This document shows, one piece after another, positions 49,427 to 58,807 of a stretch of DNA of 58,807 nucleotides (position 1 is the first letter of the stretch; the number at the start of each line of letters is the position of its first letter). The position numbers and the translations under genes were made by a program. This DNA comes from a virus. Taxonomy: Duplodnaviria; Caudoviricetes. Under the pieces are notes generated by a model. The model searched no databases, was not told the origin of the DNA, and saw only the letters and a program-made list of their open reading frames with translations. The stretch covers positions 1 to 58,807 of the IMG/VR virus record IMGVR_UViG_3300017540_000003, one strand, 5' to 3'.

Positions 49427-49711
49427 GTGATGGCCGAAGACAAGACGCCGCTACAGAAACTAGATGAGGCAATTTCGGACTTTGTTTCTGCCACTGGTGG
49501 AGATACGGTCTCGGGCTGGATTATCGGATGGCAGGAGATGGCCTTCACCGACGAGGTTGGCGTCCTGCCTATTCTGACGAGGCCGAACTACACCTTCGGC
49601 AGTGGAACTACTTTGGAAACTGCTTCAGGGCTTTCTAGATTCCTGACACACGTTACCGATGCTGGCCTGCTATCGGCAATCCATGACGAGGGCGAAGGCG
49701 AGGAGGAGTGA
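49427..49711 (+). CDS. Hypothetical protein
   Basis: GGAGGAG RBS. Confidence 0.55.
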   Translation: MMAEDKTPLQKLDEAISDFVSATGGDTVSGWIIGWQEMAFTDEVGVLPILTRPNYTFGSGTTLETASGLSRFLTHVTDAGLLSAIHDEGEGEEE

Positions 49712-49962
49712 TGACCAACCGAGATATTGAAATCACCACGAAGCGGGTGACGACGGTGGATAGCGTGCAGGAGGCGTTCGCGTTCATCATGGAGCACTTG
49801 GATGAGGTGGGGGATCAGCCGCGCATCGAGATTGAGCCGTTCACCGACTTGGGTGCGGGGATTGCTCAGGTATTCGAAGACCCGGATGCGGATTTGCTGG
49901 GTGTTGTGCGCTTTGAGGTGAGCATTACGAACATGGTGGTCAAGGAGAGGGCTTCAGAATGA
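49708..49962 (+). CDS. Hypothetical protein
   Basis: Coupled ORF, GGAGGAG RBS. Confidence 0.55.
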   Translation: MMTNRDIEITTKRVTTVDSVQEAFAFIMEHLDEVGDQPRIEIEPFTDLGAGIAQVFEDPDADLLGVVRFEVSITNMVVKERASE

Positions 49963-50049
49963 CGATTCACTTGATGGTGCAGTTTCAGGATGGAATCGCA
50001 CACGAAGGGCCGTATAGCATCACGGACCCGTACTTTGTGAGGAGCAATA

Positions 50050-50295
50050 ATGGCGAAGGCTGAGAAGGTCGAAGTTGTTCTGAGCAACACAGACCGGCAG
50101 CTGCTGCGGGATATCCGGGATGCGCTGCGGGCGCTGGGCGTTGAGCCGGAGGACGAGGACTCGGCGGCTGGCGCGGTGAAGCGGCTGGTGGAGTCCGGGC
50201 CGGACGAGTGGGACCACAGGTTCTTGGACGATCATTTTGCCGCAGACTCCAAGGGCTACACTTGGAACGGCCAGGGCTGGGCTCCGAAGGAGTAA
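50050..50295 (+). CDS. Hypothetical protein
   Basis: GAGGAG RBS. Confidence 0.55.
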   Translation: MAKAEKVEVVLSNTDRQLLRDIRDALRALGVEPEDEDSAAGAVKRLVESGPDEWDHRFLDDHFAADSKGYTWNGQGWAPKE

Positions 50296-50427
50296 ACTAG
50301 AACAAAGCCCTGGGCGTCACGAGCGCACCGGGGTTTAGGGCTCCGATTTGGTCGAGCCAGCACCCGGAGATGCTTTCACCTTTTCCGGTGGCTGTTATGC
50401 GGGATCGTAACCCGCGGAGTCCACGAT

Positions 50428-50778
50428 ATGTCCTGTATCCACTTTTCCGCCAACGAGGATGCCTGGTGTGACGCAAATGCGGCACCTGACCTTCCCAAGT
50501 CGCGAATCCCGCAACGCAGGAGCAAGCGCGAGCGTCTTGTGTTCCTGGCCGATGACCCCCGGCCTGCTATCAGGGCTGCGGTGGCTGGCAACCCGGAGAC
50601 TCCCAGGTACGTTCTGGTCCGGTTAGCTTCGGACGAATGTTCGGAGGTTCGCCGTTGGGTTGCGCGAAACTTTAGAACACCTGTTCGAGCGCTGAAGCGG
50701 CTTGCGCGTGACGAAGATCACGGTATTGCAGCCTATGCGCGGTTGCGGCTGTCGGTTATCTGGTCAGGGCGCTGGTAG
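50428..50778 (+). CDS. Leucine-rich-variant (LRV)/HEAT-like repeat protein
   Basis: LA.D....(I/V)R..VA.N..TP...L..LA.D repeats. Confidence 0.7.
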   Translation: MSCIHFSANEDAWCDANAAPDLPKSRIPQRRSKRERLVFLADDPRPAIRAAVAGNPETPRYVLVRLASDECSEVRRWVARNFRTPVRALKRLARDEDHGIAAYARLRLSVIWSGRW

Positions 50779-50845
50779 CACGTTCGTGCGTATCTGAAAA
50801 GCCTTATACCGACCAGGTATCAGTATTTCCCGCTAGAATGGTGGC

Positions 50846-51337
50846 ATGAGGGAATCCGCCATCGACAGCCTGCTCGTGCAGTACGCGGGCATTAAGACGC
50901 CTAACGACATCGCGGATATGACGGGGCTCGCACCGGAGGACGTGGTGAGGCGCACCCAAGAGATTCTGGATCGGGTGGTGCTGACGAATGCGCAGCGGCG
51001 GGCGAAGTTGATCTTCCAGCTGGATGAGATCACCGCAGAGATGAGTTCCCGGTACAAGACAGCGAAGGATGAAGACCTGGCGCGTCTCGGTAATACGGCG
51101 GCGGGTGCTATTGGGCGTATTCTGGGTGAGTTGCGTGCTCTGGAGAAGGATGCTCGGGAGAATGAGTTGGAGCAGGAGCAGGCGATGGGGCGGATTCTTG
51201 CTTCGATGGTTGATAAGGCGATGCAGCGGGCGATTGGTGAGTTGAAGGCGCGTCACCCGGAGATCGAGACGGACAACCTTGGCAAGATTGTGGAGTCTCA
51301 TCTGGTGGAGATCGCTCTGGAGATGGATTCCGAGTAG
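50846..51337 (+). CDS. Putative terminase small subunit
   Basis: HTH-like TPNDIADMTGLAPEDV; upstream of the large subunit; leaderless (TAGAAT 6 nt upstream). Confidence 0.55.
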   Translation: MRESAIDSLLVQYAGIKTPNDIADMTGLAPEDVVRRTQEILDRVVLTNAQRRAKLIFQLDEITAEMSSRYKTAKDEDLARLGNTAAGAIGRILGELRALEKDARENELEQEQAMGRILASMVDKAMQRAIGELKARHPEIETDNLGKIVESHLVEIALEMDSE

Positions 51338-51408
51338 GAAGTCCTGATAAAATTGAAGGGTGCCCAGAAGCGCATTTCTGGACACCCGAAGCCGCTGATT
51401 GGAGCGAC

Positions 51409-52002
51409 GTGAAGATTCTAGCAAAGTGCTCCCTTGAATGGTGCGACAGGGACTCCTACTGCAAGGGATACTGCGATGGTCACTACAGGCAGTCCCTAAA
51501 GGGAAAACCCTTCAGGCCGATACGTCAGAGCATGAAGTCAGGCAGAGGCGCTAAAGAGTGCTCGTTTACTGGATGCGATAAACCGAGGGATTCCTGGGGT
51601 CTTTGTACGACTCACGCGAAGCAGCGTTCCCGTGGAGTGGAGCTCTATCCCGTCTCAAGGTTGCATGTGGATTTGTGTTGCATTAGCGGATGTGAGAAGC
51701 CGCATAAGCGCAACGGATTCTGTTCCACCCACGAGTATCGCTTCGGGCGCTACCAGTTAACAGTGATTCAAGCGATGATGCTGGCACCCGATGACTCGCC
51801 GTGCTATATCTGCGGCAGTATTATGCCAGGCGAGATGCATATAGATCATGATCACTCCTGCTGTCCCGCGAAGGTTGGCAAGACTTGCGGCGGTTGCGTG
51901 AGAGGCGTGCTGTGCCGGAAGTGCAATTACGGAATTGGGAACTTCGGCGATGACCCAAGCCTTCTTGCGCGCGCAATCGAATATCTAACAGGAAGCAAGT
52001 AA
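51409..52002 (+). CDS. Endonuclease VII-like HNH endonuclease
   Basis: Three Cx4C...CxxH repeats; HIDHDH...VRGVLCRKCN. Confidence 0.85.
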   Translation: MKILAKCSLEWCDRDSYCKGYCDGHYRQSLKGKPFRPIRQSMKSGRGAKECSFTGCDKPRDSWGLCTTHAKQRSRGVELYPVSRLHVDLCCISGCEKPHKRNGFCSTHEYRFGRYQLTVIQAMMLAPDDSPCYICGSIMPGEMHIDHDHSCCPAKVGKTCGGCVRGVLCRKCNYGIGNFGDDPSLLARAIEYLTGSK

Positions 52003-52004
52003 CG

Positions 52005-53588
52005 ATGCAACTCTCAAACATTGCAACCCTCGCCATCGAGGAGATTCGTAAGAAGTCGAAGCTTAGGCTGTATCAGACGGATTATGTTGCGTGGCGTCAT
52101 GACATCCTCGGGTACTACTCGTATCAGAAGATGGACGAGATCATGATGGAGGCGTTGCATGGGGAGAAGAATCGCACGCTCATCAAGTCGTCTAATGGTA
52201 CGTCTAAGTCTTGGGAAGTGTCCTGTGGCATCCTGTGGGCTGGTTCCGTGTTCGAGCCTGGCGAGACGGTTAGTATCATGTCCGCGCCGTCGGTGTCTCA
52301 GCTTGAGAAGGTGACGATGGCTTACCTGAAGAGCCATTACGGGACGGCGGCAGCACGCGGTTACCAGCCTCCGGGTAAGATCAACGAGTCCCTGGAGTGG
52401 AAGTACGACGGGCCGAACGGCGGCATCTATATTGCGTTCGGGCGAAAGCCTCCCGCTGGTGGGGACGCCGTTTCGGTGTTCCAGGGTGTCCGGTCTCAGC
52501 ATGGTCGAACCTACGTCTGGTTTGATGAGGCTGGCGGTATGGAGAAGCACATGTGGACCGCAATGGAGGCGGTCATCACGGGTGCTGATGCGCGGTTCAT
52601 CGGAATCGGCAACCCTGACAACGCTTCTGGCGGGTTCTATGAGGCGTTCACTAACGAGAAGATCGCCCGCGAATACAATCTCTTCTCGATCAGCTCCTAC
52701 GATCTGCCCACTTTTACTGGCGAGCGCGTCTATCCTCACACTCCCGAGGGTGATGAGATGGAGGCCAGGATGCTCAAGTCGCTCACTCAGGTTGAGTGGG
52801 TGGAGCATAAGAAGAGGGTTTGGGGGGAGCGTGACGCGAGGTTCCAGGCCAAGGTGTTGGGCGAGTTCCCTGGCGACGGTGACACGGCTTTCTTTCCGCA
52901 GCGCATTATCGATTTGAGCCACGAGACCACTATCGAGCCTGAAACCGACACGGTGATTCTCGGCGTGGACATCGCCCGCTACGGTCAGGATGAGTCGGTG
53001 ATCTACGAGAACCGCCAGGGGCGTCTTCGCCTGCGGGATAGTTGGGGCAAGGTGGACACGGTGGAGTCGGCCCGCCGCATTCATAAGGTTGCCACGGAGG
53101 AGCGCGCTTACGCTGTGTGCATCGACGCCTCGGGTATCGGTGGTGCGGTGTTCGACATGCTGGAGAACCTTGACGAGTTCGCTGACAAGTGCTACTACCT
53201 GATCGGGATTGACGGTGGTACGCGCTCGTCTGATCCGAGTCGCTGGCTGAACACGAGGGCGGAGAACCATGACCGCCTGCGCACGCTCATGGCCGAGGGC
53301 AGGATCGACCTGGACTTCGACGACAAGGAACTTGCGGATCAGTTGACCAACCTCACCTACAAGTTCACTCCGCGTGGTGCTATCCAGATCGCGTCCAAGG
53401 ATGATATGAAAACGGTCATGGATGGCTCCCCTGACCGCCTTGACGGGGCGATCTATAGCGTCTATGATGTGGAGTCGCTGCTGGGGAAGGTCCCCGAGGG
53501 CACGGTGGTGGCGATGGAGCCCGAGGACGTGGAGGTTGACTACGACTTCTATGAGTTCATTCGGGGGCCCGGCGCTCCGATCCTCTGA
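52005..53588 (+). CDS. terL: Terminase large subunit
   Basis: SSNGTSKS Walker A variant, WFDEA, IGNP, LGEFP, LGVDIAR, SPDRLD. Confidence 0.95.
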   Translation: MQLSNIATLAIEEIRKKSKLRLYQTDYVAWRHDILGYYSYQKMDEIMMEALHGEKNRTLIKSSNGTSKSWEVSCGILWAGSVFEPGETVSIMSAPSVSQLEKVTMAYLKSHYGTAAARGYQPPGKINESLEWKYDGPNGGIYIAFGRKPPAGGDAVSVFQGVRSQHGRTYVWFDEAGGMEKHMWTAMEAVITGADARFIGIGNPDNASGGFYEAFTNEKIAREYNLFSISSYDLPTFTGERVYPHTPEGDEMEARMLKSLTQVEWVEHKKRVWGERDARFQAKVLGEFPGDGDTAFFPQRIIDLSHETTIEPETDTVILGVDIARYGQDESVIYENRQGRLRLRDSWGKVDTVESARRIHKVATEERAYAVCIDASGIGGAVFDMLENLDEFADKCYYLIGIDGGTRSSDPSRWLNTRAENHDRLRTLMAEGRIDLDFDDKELADQLTNLTYKFTPRGAIQIASKDDMKTVMDGSPDRLDGAIYSVYDVESLLGKVPEGTVVAMEPEDVEVDYDFYEFIRGPGAPIL

Positions 53589-53639
53589 TTCGGCTTTTTC
53601 ACGGTTTTTCAGCCTTGATTTCCAGGGTAAACTGGAGTA

Positions 53640-55196
53640 ATGGACGCTGAGACCCCTGAAGTACTGATCGAGAAGGCACTTACCGCGCTCAAGGAGGAGA
53701 ACGCGGGTCTGCGAATGCAGATCGAGGAGGGGATGACCGAGGTTCAGCACATGCTCGCGCTAGAGGATCGCGGGTGGACGCTGATTGCGGGGATGCAGGA
53801 CAAGGATCGCCTCCACGGTCTCAGCCTGACCGAGCTTCAGGATGTTATCAAGTTCATGCAGCCGAAGATCGCTGCGGGTTCGCTCCCTGGCCGCGCATCC
53901 GACCTTCATGCGGGTTACGTGTGGGGTCGCGGTATCAACATCGAGGGGCTGGAGCGTCGGGACGGTAGCCAGGGTCGCCAGAAGGGGATTGTGGATTTCG
54001 CCGCCAAGAAGGTGAACAGGGAGTCGTTCCTTTCGGCTACCGCGCAGCAGGAACTCCAGAAGGCTCGGTTCGCGGAGGGTAACGTCCTGTTCTTATGCAA
54101 CAAGGGCGCGAAGACCGTGAAGCGTATTTCGATGATGGAGATTACCGATATCATCGTGAACCCCGACTTCCCCGAGGACATCTGGGCTTACCAGCGCACC
54201 TGGAACCCGAAGCCGGACGATGTGAACTCGGAGAAGGTGTCGCGGTGGTACTACACCAACCGCTTCAGTGGCACGCGCCGCAAGTCATTCCCGAATACGG
54301 ACGGCACCTCCACCCCCGTGGATCAGGATGTCACGATCATCGACGGGCGCTTCAACCGTCAGGTCGGGTTCGCGCTCGGTGTGCCGGATGGTCTCGCGGG
54401 CATTCACTGGTCGGAAGCCTACGGTGAGCACCTGCGCTACGGTCAGATCGTCACCGAGGCGCTGTCGAAGATTCTGTTCAAGATCAAGAACAACAGCAAG
54501 AAGGGCGCTGCAAACGCCGCTGCCAAGGTTGCCCTCGCTAAGGGGGCTGGCAATGCGGCGTCGATGGGTGGCGACCAGGACATTGAGGCGATCCGCACGG
54601 CGGGTAACGCTTACTCTTTCGAGAAGTTGCGTCCGGTGGCTGCGATGGCGGCAAGCGCGTGGAATGTGTCGAATGCCGACCTGCTGAATGACTCGGCTGC
54701 CGCTGGCTCCAGTTACGGTGCGCTTCAGGCACTGGCCCCTGGTAACCGCAACGCCATGACGCTCATGCAGCGCGAGTGGGTTGACCTGTTTACCGAAATC
54801 TTTGAGTTCTTCGGGTTCAACGCTCCAAAGATTTGGTTCGAGCCGATTGAGGCCCCGGACGTGTACCGCCAGTCGCAGGCGCTCAAGTTGCTGTCTACCG
54901 AACTCACCCCCGCCGAGTTGCGCTCCAAGGCGCTGGACATCCTCGACATTGCGGGCAACCCTGAGGTCAGCAATACGCTCCGTGCGCAGGGAATCGCGGA
55001 CGCTAAGGCCGCAGCGCAGCAGGCTTCTCCCGATCAGGGGCAGGGCAATGGCACGGGTGGACAGTCCTCAGCGCAGAAGTCCGACCTGCGTAGCGACGGC
55101 ATTGGGGAGGCGTTCTTCGCTATGCAAATGGACGAGTTCCGCGAGTTGGTGGAGCGGGCGGAGTCTATCGCGCGTCGCCTGAACGAATCCAACTAG
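53640..55196 (+). CDS. Portal protein
   Basis: 518 aa directly after terL; LEDRGW and GVPD motifs. Confidence 0.85.
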   Translation: MDAETPEVLIEKALTALKEENAGLRMQIEEGMTEVQHMLALEDRGWTLIAGMQDKDRLHGLSLTELQDVIKFMQPKIAAGSLPGRASDLHAGYVWGRGINIEGLERRDGSQGRQKGIVDFAAKKVNRESFLSATAQQELQKARFAEGNVLFLCNKGAKTVKRISMMEITDIIVNPDFPEDIWAYQRTWNPKPDDVNSEKVSRWYYTNRFSGTRRKSFPNTDGTSTPVDQDVTIIDGRFNRQVGFALGVPDGLAGIHWSEAYGEHLRYGQIVTEALSKILFKIKNNSKKGAANAAAKVALAKGAGNAASMGGDQDIEAIRTAGNAYSFEKLRPVAAMAASAWNVSNADLLNDSAAAGSSYGALQALAPGNRNAMTLMQREWVDLFTEIFEFFGFNAPKIWFEPIEAPDVYRQSQALKLLSTELTPAELRSKALDILDIAGNPEVSNTLRAQGIADAKAAAQQASPDQGQGNGTGGQSSAQKSDLRSDGIGEAFFAMQMDEFRELVERAESIARRLNESN

Positions 55197-55223
55197 TTTA
55201 CCTCTGATATCCTGGTAATTAGC

Positions 55224-56150
55224 ATGACAAAGCATCTTCTTGAGGCCGCGAAGCTCGTTTCCGAGTCCGCCGCCGCAGACGGAACCTGGAAGGTCAGGCT
55301 CATTTCAGAGGGCCGTGGCTCTAGTGGCGTGTACACTGCCGAGGTTCTGGAGAAGTACCACCACGCTTTCAGCAATGTCCTCTCCTTCAAGAATCACCCC
55401 ACTGGTTGGGACGGCCCGCAGGATCGGGACTTCACGATGATCGCTGGCGAGGTGGTCGGTGAGACGTGGGTCGAGAAGGATGAGCGCGGCCTGACCTCCA
55501 TCGTCGGCAACTGGCGTCCTGACCCCGAGTACGCCGAGAAGGTGGCGCGTTACCGCGACAAGTTGGGCTTGTCCATTTACATCGAGGGCGATGGTCATGT
55601 GGATGAGAGCACTGGAGATTTCATCGTCGATTGGTTCAACGAGCACGACCCCTACCGTTCGGTTGATCTGGTGATCGCACCTGGCGCGCGGGGCAAGTTC
55701 CTTGAGTCGATGCGCGATGTGTACTCTGCCCGCAGGGCGGAGGATAAGAAGCCTGGTAGCGCCCCGCTACAGGAGAATGGAAAAATCACGATGGATGAAG
55801 AGCTGAAGAAGGCCCTCACGGGCATTCAGGAAGCCCTTGCCGTCTTGGTTGCCGAGAAGAAGGCTGCGGAGCAGTCCGCCGCTCAGGTCGAGGCGGATGA
55901 GAAGGCTGTTGTGAGTGCGGTCGAGGCGTATGACGCTGCGATCAATCTCATCGACGAGGCTGATCTCCTCCCTCCGCAGGTGGAGAGCCTGCGCGCCGAG
56001 GCCAAGGCGGGGCGCGATGTTGCCCCGCTCATCGAGGCTGCCAAGAAGGTCAAGGAGGCCGCGATTGAGGCCGCTCGTGGGGCTGAGACCGGTGTTGCCG
56101 GTGTCCGTCTCGGCGAGAACGCTACGACCAAGTTTGGAGCGTGGAAGTAA
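55224..56150 (+). CDS. Capsid maturation protease/scaffold
   Basis: LISEGRGSSGVY, NHP, GLSI, SVDLV..PGARG; Ala/Glu-rich C-terminus. Confidence 0.8.
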   Translation: MTKHLLEAAKLVSESAAADGTWKVRLISEGRGSSGVYTAEVLEKYHHAFSNVLSFKNHPTGWDGPQDRDFTMIAGEVVGETWVEKDERGLTSIVGNWRPDPEYAEKVARYRDKLGLSIYIEGDGHVDESTGDFIVDWFNEHDPYRSVDLVIAPGARGKFLESMRDVYSARRAEDKKPGSAPLQENGKITMDEELKKALTGIQEALAVLVAEKKAAEQSAAQVEADEKAVVSAVEAYDAAINLIDEADLLPPQVESLRAEAKAGRDVAPLIEAAKKVKEAAIEAARGAETGVAGVRLGENATTKFGAWK

Positions 56151-56593
56151 TGGCTACTAACCTCGTATACCGCAACGGTGACCTCAAGGACCGCGTTCAG
56201 GTTCTCGCTGCTACCCACGGCGCTGGCGAGCCGATCATCTCGCTCGACGGCAAGCCAGCTGTCACGGTGACCGCTTCGGGTGACCACACCCGCTCGGACA
56301 GCACCTCGTTCCCCCCGTACACCGTCTCGGGCATCCCGGATGGCGGCGTTGGTCTGGTCGGCAAGGAGGTCACTCTGGCCTTCGATGGCACCTGGGAGTT
56401 CCTTGGGTCGGGTTTCGACTCGTCCACGACCCCTGCCGACGTTTCGCAGGGTCAGGCGATCAACTTCAAGACCTCGAACGGCAAGCTGACCACCGCTTCG
56501 ATCACCACCGGTATCGTCGCGTTTGGCACGGTGGACTTCCCGCCCGACTACGACAAGACGCGGGGCTACATCCCCGTGAAGATTGGAGGCTAA
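56150..56593 (+). CDS. Capsid decoration/cement protein
   Basis: MATN start; between the scaffold and capsid genes; TAATG coupled. Confidence 0.6.
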   Translation: MATNLVYRNGDLKDRVQVLAATHGAGEPIISLDGKPAVTVTASGDHTRSDSTSFPPYTVSGIPDGGVGLVGKEVTLAFDGTWEFLGSGFDSSTTPADVSQGQAINFKTSNGKLTTASITTGIVAFGTVDFPPDYDKTRGYIPVKIGG

Positions 56594-56597
56594 GGCA

Positions 56598-57743
56598 ATG
56601 GCCGAGTACAAGGACGAGTTCACGCTCGACGGTCGCCTGAAGCCCGCTCACCCGAGCGTCACCCGCACCAAGGTCGCGGAGGCTGACCGCCTCCTTTCGG
56701 CTGCTCTGCGTGGCGACCAGATTGCGAAGGGTCAGCTGGCTGAGGTTCACACGACCTCTGACCTGCCCTTCTCGCTGGCGCACCTCATCAGCGCGACCCT
56801 CATCCCGCAGTTTGACGAGGCCGAGCGCACATGGAGCCAGGTTGCTGGCACCCGCGTCGTCTCCTCGTTTGACAAGGTGCGTCTCTACGGCCTGTACCTG
56901 GACATCACGGGTGCTGGCGTCGTGGACGCTCCCGGTGGTGCGACTGGTGGCCTGACTGGTGGCCTTCCGCGCGTCCCCGAGGGTGCTCCGTACCCGTACA
57001 TCACGTTCTCGGGTCAGGAGGCTTACTACAGCGGTGTGACCAAGAACGGTGCCGCGTTCGGCCTCACCTGGGAGTCGCGCATCAACGACATCGAGGAGTT
57101 CTACGGGCAGGCTCCGCAGGCTCTCCTCCAGTTGGCGCTCGACACCGAGGAGCGCGAGGTCTACGAGGCGCTTATCAATGGCACCACCATTGATCTTGCC
57201 TCGCAGACGCTCCCCGATGGCACCGCCACGCTGGCGAACGCGCCGATCAGCCCCGAGGCGATCTGGGCCGCGATCATCCAGCTCCAGAACGTCACGGTCA
57301 ACGGTCGCAAGGTCGGTCGCGCCACGGGTTACAACGTGGTTTTGCCGGTTGGCACCGCCGAGTTCATCGAGTGGGCCATGAACCGTGCCATCATCGAGAT
57401 CGTGGACGGCTCCATCGTCTACGGCCCCGGTGACCGCAGCGCGCTCTCGAACGTCAGCTTCGTTGAGTCGGCCTACGTGACCGGTACGAACTGGTACATC
57501 CTTCCGAAGCCGGGTGCGATCCGTCGCCCCGTGCTGGAGCTTGGTCGCCTTCGCGGTTACGAGACCCCGGAGCTTCGCGCTCGCAACAACACGGGCGTCT
57601 ACCTCGGCTCCTCGGCGGTTGTCCCGTTCAACGAGGGCTCGTGGGAGAACGACACCATCGATTACCGTATCCGCTACGTTGCTGGCGGTATCATGTGGTC
57701 GGACAAGTTCTCGCTCAAGTCGGACGGTTCTGGCACCGCGTAA
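56598..57743 (+). CDS. Major capsid protein
   Basis: TTSDLP, LPRVPEG..Y, TWESRIND, LRGYETP, DTIDYRIR; followed by a terminator. Confidence 0.9.
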   Translation: MAEYKDEFTLDGRLKPAHPSVTRTKVAEADRLLSAALRGDQIAKGQLAEVHTTSDLPFSLAHLISATLIPQFDEAERTWSQVAGTRVVSSFDKVRLYGLYLDITGAGVVDAPGGATGGLTGGLPRVPEGAPYPYITFSGQEAYYSGVTKNGAAFGLTWESRINDIEEFYGQAPQALLQLALDTEEREVYEALINGTTIDLASQTLPDGTATLANAPISPEAIWAAIIQLQNVTVNGRKVGRATGYNVVLPVGTAEFIEWAMNRAIIEIVDGSIVYGPGDRSALSNVSFVESAYVTGTNWYILPKPGAIRRPVLELGRLRGYETPELRARNNTGVYLGSSAVVPFNEGSWENDTIDYRIRYVAGGIMWSDKFSLKSDGSGTA

Positions 57744-57759
57744 GCACCCAACAAGGTTT

Positions 57760-57784
57760 AGCCCCTCGGAAACGGGGGGCTTTT
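57760..57784 (+). terminator. Intrinsic terminator
   Basis: AGCCCCTCG-GAAA-CGGGGGGCT followed by T tract. Confidence 0.85.
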
Positions 57785-57857
57785 CCTTTGCCTGTAGAAT
57801 AGAAGGACAGGGCAGCCCATTCCTGCCGCCCCCTACCAAGAAAACGAGGAACACTCA

Positions 57858-58088
57858 ATGGTTCGACCGCAACCTATCACTCTAACCCAAATCGACGCCA
57901 ACAACTACACTGGGTTCACACCTAAGCCCGTGGTTGTTGTGGGCAGCCTGCCTGGGGTTGGTGCCGAAATCACTCCCCAGACCGCCCCCACCATTGACGA
58001 CACCCCCACTGACGCCGCTGCGGTTGCCACCGATCTCCAGTCGGTTGTGGACGCGCTGATCGCCGCTGGTGTTTTCACCGCGCCGTAA
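57858..58088 (+). CDS. Small head fiber-like protein
   Basis: DAAAVATDLQSVVDALIAAGV motif; GAGGA RBS. Confidence 0.55.
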   Translation: MVRPQPITLTQIDANNYTGFTPKPVVVVGSLPGVGAEITPQTAPTIDDTPTDAAAVATDLQSVVDALIAAGVFTAP

Positions 58089-58105
58089 TCGGATAAACTA
58101 ATAAG

Positions 58106-58230
58106 TACGACTAGCAACGGTTCCCCTCCTCCGTTGGAGCTAGCCGTGGGATTCCCGCCGCTCCGAAGGAATCCCGAGTGTAGCCCCCTGTAGGTTGAGC
58201 ATAGGCTCCCCGCAGGGGGCTACCCCCTTT
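58106..58230 (+). ncRNA. Candidate small RNA with three hairpins
   Basis: TAAACT at 58094; stems at 58111-58143, 58148-58175 and 58180-58223. Confidence 0.45.
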
Positions 58231-58254
58231 GCGGCTTTATGGGAGAATAGAGGT

Positions 58255-58722
58255 ATGGCTGTTTACCCTGCCGGAAACCCCGGAGTGTACCCCCTCGACC
58301 CCGACACTAAGGTGGGTCAGTTTCGGCTTGTCTACGGGGACACGCAATCAGAACCCTACGACCCGGTAGAGGCGGGGTTCCAGAACTATAGCGAACTGTC
58401 AGACGCCGAGATCGAGATGTTCTTGGCCCAAGGCGACGATTCGGTCAACCGCGCCATCGGCTTCTACTACATGCGACTGGCGGGCGATGCGGCCAAGCAG
58501 TCCATTCGCGCCCAGGACTACGACCTCGTTGCCGACCTTACGAAGCGCGCCGCCGATTTGCGAGCGACGGCGGCGTGGTGGTTCGACCAGGCAGATGCAG
58601 AAGATGCTGAGGATGCGTTTGAGATTGTGCCGATGGTAGGTGGGTGCTCGTGTCATCGCGAGGCGTCCCCTTACGTTGTCGGCACCTGGCGGGCGGGAAT
58701 CTGCGTCCACGGGGGTTGCTGA
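58255..58722 (+). CDS. Head-to-tail adaptor
   Basis: VGQFRLVYGD, LSDAEIEMFL; synteny. Confidence 0.7.
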   Translation: MAVYPAGNPGVYPLDPDTKVGQFRLVYGDTQSEPYDPVEAGFQNYSELSDAEIEMFLAQGDDSVNRAIGFYYMRLAGDAAKQSIRAQDYDLVADLTKRAADLRATAAWWFDQADAEDAEDAFEIVPMVGGCSCHREASPYVVGTWRAGICVHGGC

Positions 58723-58757
58723 GTGTACCAGTTTGCAGGGTGGCAGGATGCCATCAA

Positions 58758-58807
58758 AGCAGTCTCGACCGACCCGGAGTTCCAGAATGCAGCAGTCGTA
58801 CTTTACG
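58758..58807. repeat. 50-bp terminal overlap identical to 1-50
   Basis: Exact sequence identity. Confidence 0.95.

Noticed and set aside
52014-53750. Long antisense ORFs (578 aa here; also 56502..57854 and 30357..31379)
   Set aside because: Shadow frames of real genes in high-GC DNA, with no motifs or RBS.

Overview
The window looks like a complete, circularly permuted genome of a GC-rich tailed phage (siphovirus-like) of Actinobacteria: the first and last 50 nt are identical. The plus strand carries the terminase-portal-protease-capsid-neck genes (50.8-58.8 kb), which continue across the junction into tail, tape measure and lysis genes (1-15 kb). The minus strand (17-45 kb) carries early and replication genes: RuvC-like resolvase, primase-polymerase/helicase, SSB, Cas4-like exonuclease, ERF recombinase, WhiB and an SF2 helicase. 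I recognise no integrase and no replicative DNA polymerase. The main finding is a TIGR-Tas-like RNA-guided module at 30.5-32.2 kb. It consists of a nuclease-less IS110/Nop-domain protein, a 187-aa unknown gene and six stem-flanked dual-spacer units (NNN-9nt-CG-4nt-CCA-9nt-CG); one unit sits at the predicted transcription start and one lies inside the protein's own reading frame. Other notable signals are a cluster of six LexA-box-like sites at the strand switch, a dense ncRNA island around tRNA-Leu(CAA) with aberrant tRNA-like RNAs, a probable ATT start codon for the endolysin, and a minimal LAETG sortase substrate. All calls come from reading the sequence by eye; no searches or folding programs were run.
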